NCBI GenBank assembly: GCA_963777315.1
Contig: CAVZQC010000002.1
Span: 704,001 to 768,000 of the forward strand
Reading direction: 5' to 3'
Source of the DNA: Vulcanimicrobiota bacterium
Lineage (GTDB): Bacteria; Vulcanimicrobiota; Vulcanimicrobiia; Vulcanimicrobiales; Vulcanimicrobiaceae
DNA length: 64,000 bases
Both the position numbers and the translations under genes were made by a program. Each line of letters opens with the position of its first letter. Position 1 is the stretch's first letter. The notes under the pieces were generated by a model that saw only the letters and a program-made list of their open reading frames with translations, ran no database searches and was not told the origin of the DNA. Below, piece by piece: positions 59,187-64,000 of the stretch.

Positions 59187-60209
59187 GTGCAGCCCGAACT
59201 TTCGCTGGACTTGGAAACCGTCGCGCGAAACGCGCGCGCCTGGCGCGAATTTGCGGGCGTCGAACTGTATGCCGTCGTCAAAGCGCAAGGCTACGGATGG
59301 GGAACGGCGCCCCTGGTGCGAGCGCTCGAGAATATCGCCGATGCATACTGCGTTGCCGATGCGGAGGAACTGAACGAACTGCGGCGCCACACGCAAAAGC
59401 GCGCCGTCGTCTTGAGCGCGATCGAACCGGATCGGCTAGCCGAAGTTTTGCGCGCGAATGCGCAGCCTACGATCGGTTCGCCGGCGGAGCTGGAGATAGT
59501 GCGGCGCGTGCTGGCGGACATGCGCGCACCACTGCACGTGCGCGTGGGCGTGCGTCCGGCGGCAGCCTGGAGCGGAATCTCGTTGGACGAACTGCGCGAT
59601 TTCGCCCCGGCGCTCGCGGCTTGCGGCGCCCAGGTGCAGTTCTGGACGCACATCACGGACTTCGCGCGCCGCAGCGAGCAAGCTCGAACGTTTCGCGAAG
59701 CGCTGCGCTTGGCGCGCGAGGCCGGCGTGCGGCTTTCCGGAACCGACATTGCGGGCACGTTTTCGCTGGCCGCCGACGGAGCGCAGGGTAGCGCGGTGCG
59801 CGTGGGCGTCGGGCTGTTCGGCGCGACCGGCGGCTTGCCGGTCCCCGGCGTGCGCTGCGCGCTGCGGCTGCGTGCGCCGCTCGTGCGGCTGGAGCGACAT
59901 TCGCCTGGGACGCGCGTGGGATATGGGGGTACCATGCTGCGGATGGGGGAGACTATCGCCACGGCGCGCTGTGGGTATGCCGACGGTCTGCCTAAGGACC
60001 TGGCCGGTGCGGACGATATCTTATCGGTTGGTATGCAGTACGTGACCGTACGGGCCTCGCGTTTGGATGGTTCGAATTCCCGGCTGGTTTTGCTCGACGA
60101 ATCCGGCGACCTGGATGCGTTTGCAGCCGCAGGCGGCCGCACAGCCCATGAAATAGTTACGGCTTTGGGAAACTGCGCGCGCGCGAACGGCGTTTCATTA
60201 GAACCTTGA
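59187..60209 (+). CDS. alr: Alanine racemase (divergent)
   Basis: AVVKAQGYG PLP-lysine motif, VRVGVGLFG, VGYGG, GYADG. Confidence 0.85.
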   Translation: MQPELSLDLETVARNARAWREFAGVELYAVVKAQGYGWGTAPLVRALENIADAYCVADAEELNELRRHTQKRAVVLSAIEPDRLAEVLRANAQPTIGSPAELEIVRRVLADMRAPLHVRVGVRPAAAWSGISLDELRDFAPALAACGAQVQFWTHITDFARRSEQARTFREALRLAREAGVRLSGTDIAGTFSLAADGAQGSAVRVGVGLFGATGGLPVPGVRCALRLRAPLVRLERHSPGTRVGYGGTMLRMGETIATARCGYADGLPKDLAGADDILSVGMQYVTVRASRLDGSNSRLVLLDESGDLDAFAAAGGRTAHEIVTALGNCARANGVSLEP

Positions 60210-61309
60210 TGCCCGCAGAACAATCGATTCAGATCGAGGTCGGCGTCGAGCGTTTGGGCATGGTGCTCGAGCCCACCGACGATCCCACGCAAGCCGAAGG
60301 CACGCTCAACCCCGCTTCCGCCCGTACCCGCACGGGCGAGCTGCTGTTGTACCCCCGCGACGTTTCCCGAGGCAATATCTCGCGCGTTGGTTTGGTGCGA
60401 GCCCACCCCAAAGCGGATCGCTTCGCCTTTGCGCGCGACGGCTTTGCGCTCGAGCCCGAAGCGCCGTACGAATTGCGCCCGCATCCCGGATATGGTTTGG
60501 AAGATCCGCGCGTAACGTTCATCGCCGCGATCGACCGGTATGCGATGGCGTACACCGCATTCGGCCCGCAAGGGCCCAGAATCGCCGTTGCGCTTTCGCA
60601 GGACGGGTTCCACTGGGAGCGCATCGGACTGCTGCATTTCGACAAGCCCGGCATGCATATCGGCGACGATAAAGACGCCGCATTTTTTCCCGAGCCGGTG
60701 ATCTCGCCGGGCGGCGTCAAATCGCTTGCGCTCTACCACCGTCCGATGCTTCACCTTTCGGCCGTCGACGGGCGTGCGGCAATCCCGATGATCGAGCGCA
60801 TGCCGTTTGCCGATCGCGAATCGATCCGCATGGCGTACATCCCGTTTGCGCCCGTGCTGGAAAGTACCGAGAATATGTTGAACGTGTGCGAAAGCGTGCT
60901 CGTCATGTCGCCCGATCAGCAGTGGGGCTCGCTCAAACTGGGTGCCGGTACGCCGCCGGTGCGCATCGACGAGGGATGGATGTCGCTGTATCACGCGGTC
61001 GACGTGATCGACGATTCCGTGAGCAAACCCAAGCTGCGCTACAGTGCCGGTATGATGATCCACGACTACGAGCAGCCGCACAAGATTCTGTACCGCTCCC
61101 CGCAGCCGATTCTCTGCCCGCAAGCTCAGAATGAGTTGCGCGGAATCGTCGACAACGTCGTCTTTCCGACCGCGCTGGATCCGCGCCCGGATCTTGGGGC
61201 GCGCACCTTCGACTTCTATTACGGCATGGCGGACTGGTCGATCGGCGCCGCGCGTTTGACGCTGAGCGAGGCGGGCGGCGCGCGCGAGCCGGCGGAAAGC
61301 GCTGCTTAG
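60209..61309 (+). CDS. GH130-family glycosidase/phosphorylase
   Basis: LNPA, EDPRV, DKDAAFFP, GAGTPP, YHAV, NVVFP, YYGMAD. Confidence 0.88.
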   Translation: MPAEQSIQIEVGVERLGMVLEPTDDPTQAEGTLNPASARTRTGELLLYPRDVSRGNISRVGLVRAHPKADRFAFARDGFALEPEAPYELRPHPGYGLEDPRVTFIAAIDRYAMAYTAFGPQGPRIAVALSQDGFHWERIGLLHFDKPGMHIGDDKDAAFFPEPVISPGGVKSLALYHRPMLHLSAVDGRAAIPMIERMPFADRESIRMAYIPFAPVLESTENMLNVCESVLVMSPDQQWGSLKLGAGTPPVRIDEGWMSLYHAVDVIDDSVSKPKLRYSAGMMIHDYEQPHKILYRSPQPILCPQAQNELRGIVDNVVFPTALDPRPDLGARTFDFYYGMADWSIGAARLTLSEAGGAREPAESAA

Positions 61310-61337
61310 GTTCTACGTCATCGCGACGGTCATCGTC

Positions 61338-61793
61338 GTGGTGGGCGTTGCAATCGTCGCCGGTTTCGCCAACCGCGATCGGCTGCGGTTGAAGATCGCT
61401 TCGGTCACGCCGAGCGTCGCTCCAAAGAGCGCGCAGGCACCTCCGCCTTCCAAGCGCAAGAGCAGCGCGTTTTCGGGCGAGGCTCCGTGGGCGCTTTCGG
61501 CGCTGCCCGAATGTTTTCAGCAAACGAGTAAATCGACCGGGCCCCGCGCGTACGTGCTCGCGCATTTGCCGGCGGGCTCCGCCGCAGTCGTCTCCGGAGA
61601 AAGCTTGACGTTTTCGGACTGCACCGTGAACGTGCGCGGCGAAGCGATCGACGTACAGCGGGGAGCCGACCGCCTGCGCGTTCCGCCGCCCGCGCGGTTG
61701 TACCGTTCCGGTACGGTGCTGTCCATTTTGCGAGGCAACGAAGGCGGATATGAATTGCGGACGTATCTTACGGGCGAGTCCATGAAGCTATGA
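61338..61793 (+). CDS. Hypothetical membrane-anchored protein
   Basis: Hydrophobic N-terminus (the frame is open somewhat further upstream); two Cys; stop overlaps the prfC start. Confidence 0.65.
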   Translation: MVGVAIVAGFANRDRLRLKIASVTPSVAPKSAQAPPPSKRKSSAFSGEAPWALSALPECFQQTSKSTGPRAYVLAHLPAGSAAVVSGESLTFSDCTVNVRGEAIDVQRGADRLRVPPPARLYRSGTVLSILRGNEGGYELRTYLTGESMKL

Positions 61794-63463
61794 ACATCGA
61801 GCAGGAAGTGCAACGGCGCCGCACGTTCGCGATCATCTCGCACCCGGACGCCGGCAAAACCACGCTCACCGAGAAGCTGCTGCTGTACGGGGGCGCCATT
61901 CAAACCGCGGGGCAGGTGTCGGCGCGTCGCGCCCAGCGCGCTGCGACCAGCGATTGGATGGAGCTGGAAAAACAGCGCGGCATCTCGATCACGTCAACCG
62001 TTCTGCAGTTTCCGTACGGCGGCTATACGATCAATTTACTCGACACCCCGGGCCACCAGGATTTCGGCGAAGACACGTACCGCACGCTGCTCGCGGCGGA
62101 CAGCGCCGTGATGCTGATCGACGCGGCGAAAGGCGTCGAGCCGCAGACCAAAAAACTATTTGCGATCTGCAGGGCGCGCGGTATTCCGCTGTTCACGTTC
62201 GTCAACAAAATGGATCGTCCCAGCCGGGATCCTCTCGAACTGCTCGACGAGCTGGAAAGCGTGTTGGGCATCGGAGCGTTTCCCATGAATTGGCCGCTTG
62301 GCAACGGGCCCTCGTTCAAAGGCGTGTACGATCGCCGCGATCGCGAAGTGCATCTGTTCGAACGTACTGCCCACGGCGCCAAGCGCGCGCAGATGCAGGT
62401 TGCCGACATGGACGATCCGCTCATACGGCAGCTGCTCGACGAGCTATCCTGGAAGGAGTTTCGCGACAGCCTGGATTTGCTCGAAGGCGCGGGATCGGAG
62501 TTCGACGCGCAGGCGATGCTCGACGGCCTGATAACGCCGGTCTTTTTCGGCAGCGCAGTGACCAATTTCGGCGTGCAGCCGTTTTTGGATCGCTTCGTCG
62601 CCATGGCGCCCGCGCCCGCCCCGCGGCGCGTAACCGGCACGGCGGCACAAGCCGACGTCGCGAACGGCATGCTTTCAACGACGTCCGGCCGCTTTTCGGG
62701 TTTCGTTTTCAAGATTCAAGCCAACATGGACCCACGCCATCGCGACCGCGTTGCATTCGTGCGCGTTTGTTCGGGCAAATTCGAGCGCGATATGATCGTG
62801 CGCAATGCCCGCACCGGCAAAGAGGTGCGCCTTTCGCGCGCGATGCGATTGTTTGCCAGCGAAAGAGAGTCGCTGGAGGCAGCCTACGCCGGCGACGTCG
62901 TCGGCCTCGTCAATCCGGGCTCGTTCGCCATTGGCGACACGCTTTCCGAACCTGCTGAGTCCGGGCGGCAGGACGCCCTCGCATTCGAGCCGATGCCGGC
63001 CTTTGCTCCGGAATACTTCGCGTCCGTGCGCAGCACGGAAAGCGCAGCGTACAAATCGTTCGGCAAGGGCATCGCGCAACTGCGCGAGGAAGGCGCCGTG
63101 CAGGTGATGTATCCGCTGGGTTCCATGCGAACCGAACCCATTCTGGCAGCGGTCGGCGCGCTGCAGTTCGAGGTCGCGCGCTATCGGCTGCAGTCCGAAT
63201 ACAACGTGAAGACGGTATTGACCATGCTGCCCTTTAGTCTGGCGCGCCGCGTCTACGGCGAGGCGGATCGCATTGCGCTCGCGCAGATGCCGTCCAACGC
63301 CAAACTGGTCGAAGACTGGGACGGCAATGCCGTGGCCCTGTTTGAATCGGAGTGGAGCTTGCGTTTGGCTCAGGAGTGGAATCCGCAGCTGCGCTTCGCA
63401 GACTCCTCACTCTCTACCGATTTACCCGCGCGCGCGGGTACGAGGCTGCAAAGCGCTTCATGA
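61790..63463 (+). CDS. prfC: Peptide chain release factor 3
   Basis: RRRTFAIISHPDAGKTTLTEKLL, FKIQANMDPRHRDR. Confidence 0.97.
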   Translation: MNIEQEVQRRRTFAIISHPDAGKTTLTEKLLLYGGAIQTAGQVSARRAQRAATSDWMELEKQRGISITSTVLQFPYGGYTINLLDTPGHQDFGEDTYRTLLAADSAVMLIDAAKGVEPQTKKLFAICRARGIPLFTFVNKMDRPSRDPLELLDELESVLGIGAFPMNWPLGNGPSFKGVYDRRDREVHLFERTAHGAKRAQMQVADMDDPLIRQLLDELSWKEFRDSLDLLEGAGSEFDAQAMLDGLITPVFFGSAVTNFGVQPFLDRFVAMAPAPAPRRVTGTAAQADVANGMLSTTSGRFSGFVFKIQANMDPRHRDRVAFVRVCSGKFERDMIVRNARTGKEVRLSRAMRLFASERESLEAAYAGDVVGLVNPGSFAIGDTLSEPAESGRQDALAFEPMPAFAPEYFASVRSTESAAYKSFGKGIAQLREEGAVQVMYPLGSMRTEPILAAVGALQFEVARYRLQSEYNVKTVLTMLPFSLARRVYGEADRIALAQMPSNAKLVEDWDGNAVALFESEWSLRLAQEWNPQLRFADSSLSTDLPARAGTRLQSAS

Positions 63464-63834
63464 GATATCTTGCACTCGCGCTGATAGCGCTTACCATTGC
63501 GGGCTGTTCGGGGCAAAATCGCAACGAACGAGAAGCCGACAAGATAACGCGCGCCGTTCTCAACAACGACATGCGGCCGGTCATGGGGGACCTCGATCCC
63601 GCCATAAAGGGACAGGTTACGCGCGTGAAAGTCGCCGAGCTTTCCGACGAGCTCAACGAACAAGGCGCATATCAGGGCCTCAAGCAGACCACCGCGGCAT
63701 GGTGCGATCGGCCCGGCTTGCTCTGCTTCGACGTGAAGTTTGAAAAGCGGCCCTATCGCGAGGTCATGAAGGTCGGCTCCGACGGAAAGGTTCAGTACTG
63801 GTGGATGCACGCGGCGCCACAGCCGAGCACGTAA
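63460..63834 (+). CDS. Hypothetical lipoprotein
   Basis: MRYLALALIALTIAGC lipobox; start overlaps the prfC stop. Confidence 0.75.
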   Translation: MRYLALALIALTIAGCSGQNRNEREADKITRAVLNNDMRPVMGDLDPAIKGQVTRVKVAELSDELNEQGAYQGLKQTTAAWCDRPGLLCFDVKFEKRPYREVMKVGSDGKVQYWWMHAAPQPST

Positions 63835-64000
63835 CTCTCGACGACGTGCGCGCGGCGGCGCGCCGTCTGCAGGATGTCGCCCATCGCACGCCCGTTTTGA
63901 CTTCACGCACGCTGGATGCGCTGTGCGGGGCGCGCGTGTTTCTCAAATGTGAGAACTTTCAACGCATGGGCGCGTTCAAGTTTCGCGGAGCATACAATCG
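63801..64000 (+). CDS. PLP-dependent serine/threonine dehydratase family protein (runs off the window)
   Basis: TLDDVRAAARRL, HRTPVLTS, FLKCENFQRMGAFKFRGAYN; start inferred. Confidence 0.88.
   Translation, partial: MDARGATAEHVTLDDVRAAARRLQDVAHRTPVLTSRTLDALCGARVFLKCENFQRMGAFKFRGAYN

Overview
GC-rich bacterial chromosomal window, densely coded and mostly core metabolism. The gene style suggests a soil Terrabacterium such as Ca. Eremiobacterota/Vulcanimicrobiota (inference only). In order: the 3' part of gyrA, trxA, selA, selB, an adenine/adenosine deaminase, clpB, typA, an orphan histidine kinase, a TPR/ATP-grasp + PLP decarboxylase + PaiB-like operon, tRNA-Sec (selC), galM, ettA, an S41-like peptidase, an ECF sigma/anti-sigma/GNAT operon, a GH20 hexosaminidase with a transporter-PDZ fusion, a PHA cluster (phaB, phaB, phaC, Xre regulator, phasin-like gene), a frameshifted hydantoinase-like gene, an APC permease, amino-sugar genes (kinase, nanE) and an A2-type caa3 oxidase operon. 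A ~5.4 kb accessory island follows, bracketed by two unannotated, decayed IS3-family fragments and carrying a ~1240-aa Tat-signal protein with a hydrophobic C-terminus. The window ends with aidB-like, MFS, ctaB, ctaA, alr, GH130 and prfC genes. Five single-base frameshifts in otherwise intact genes (selA, hydantoinase x2, ctaA, a VOC gene) most likely reflect assembly indels. No CRISPR array, rRNA or intact mobile element was seen. All family calls come from motif recognition by eye, not database searches.
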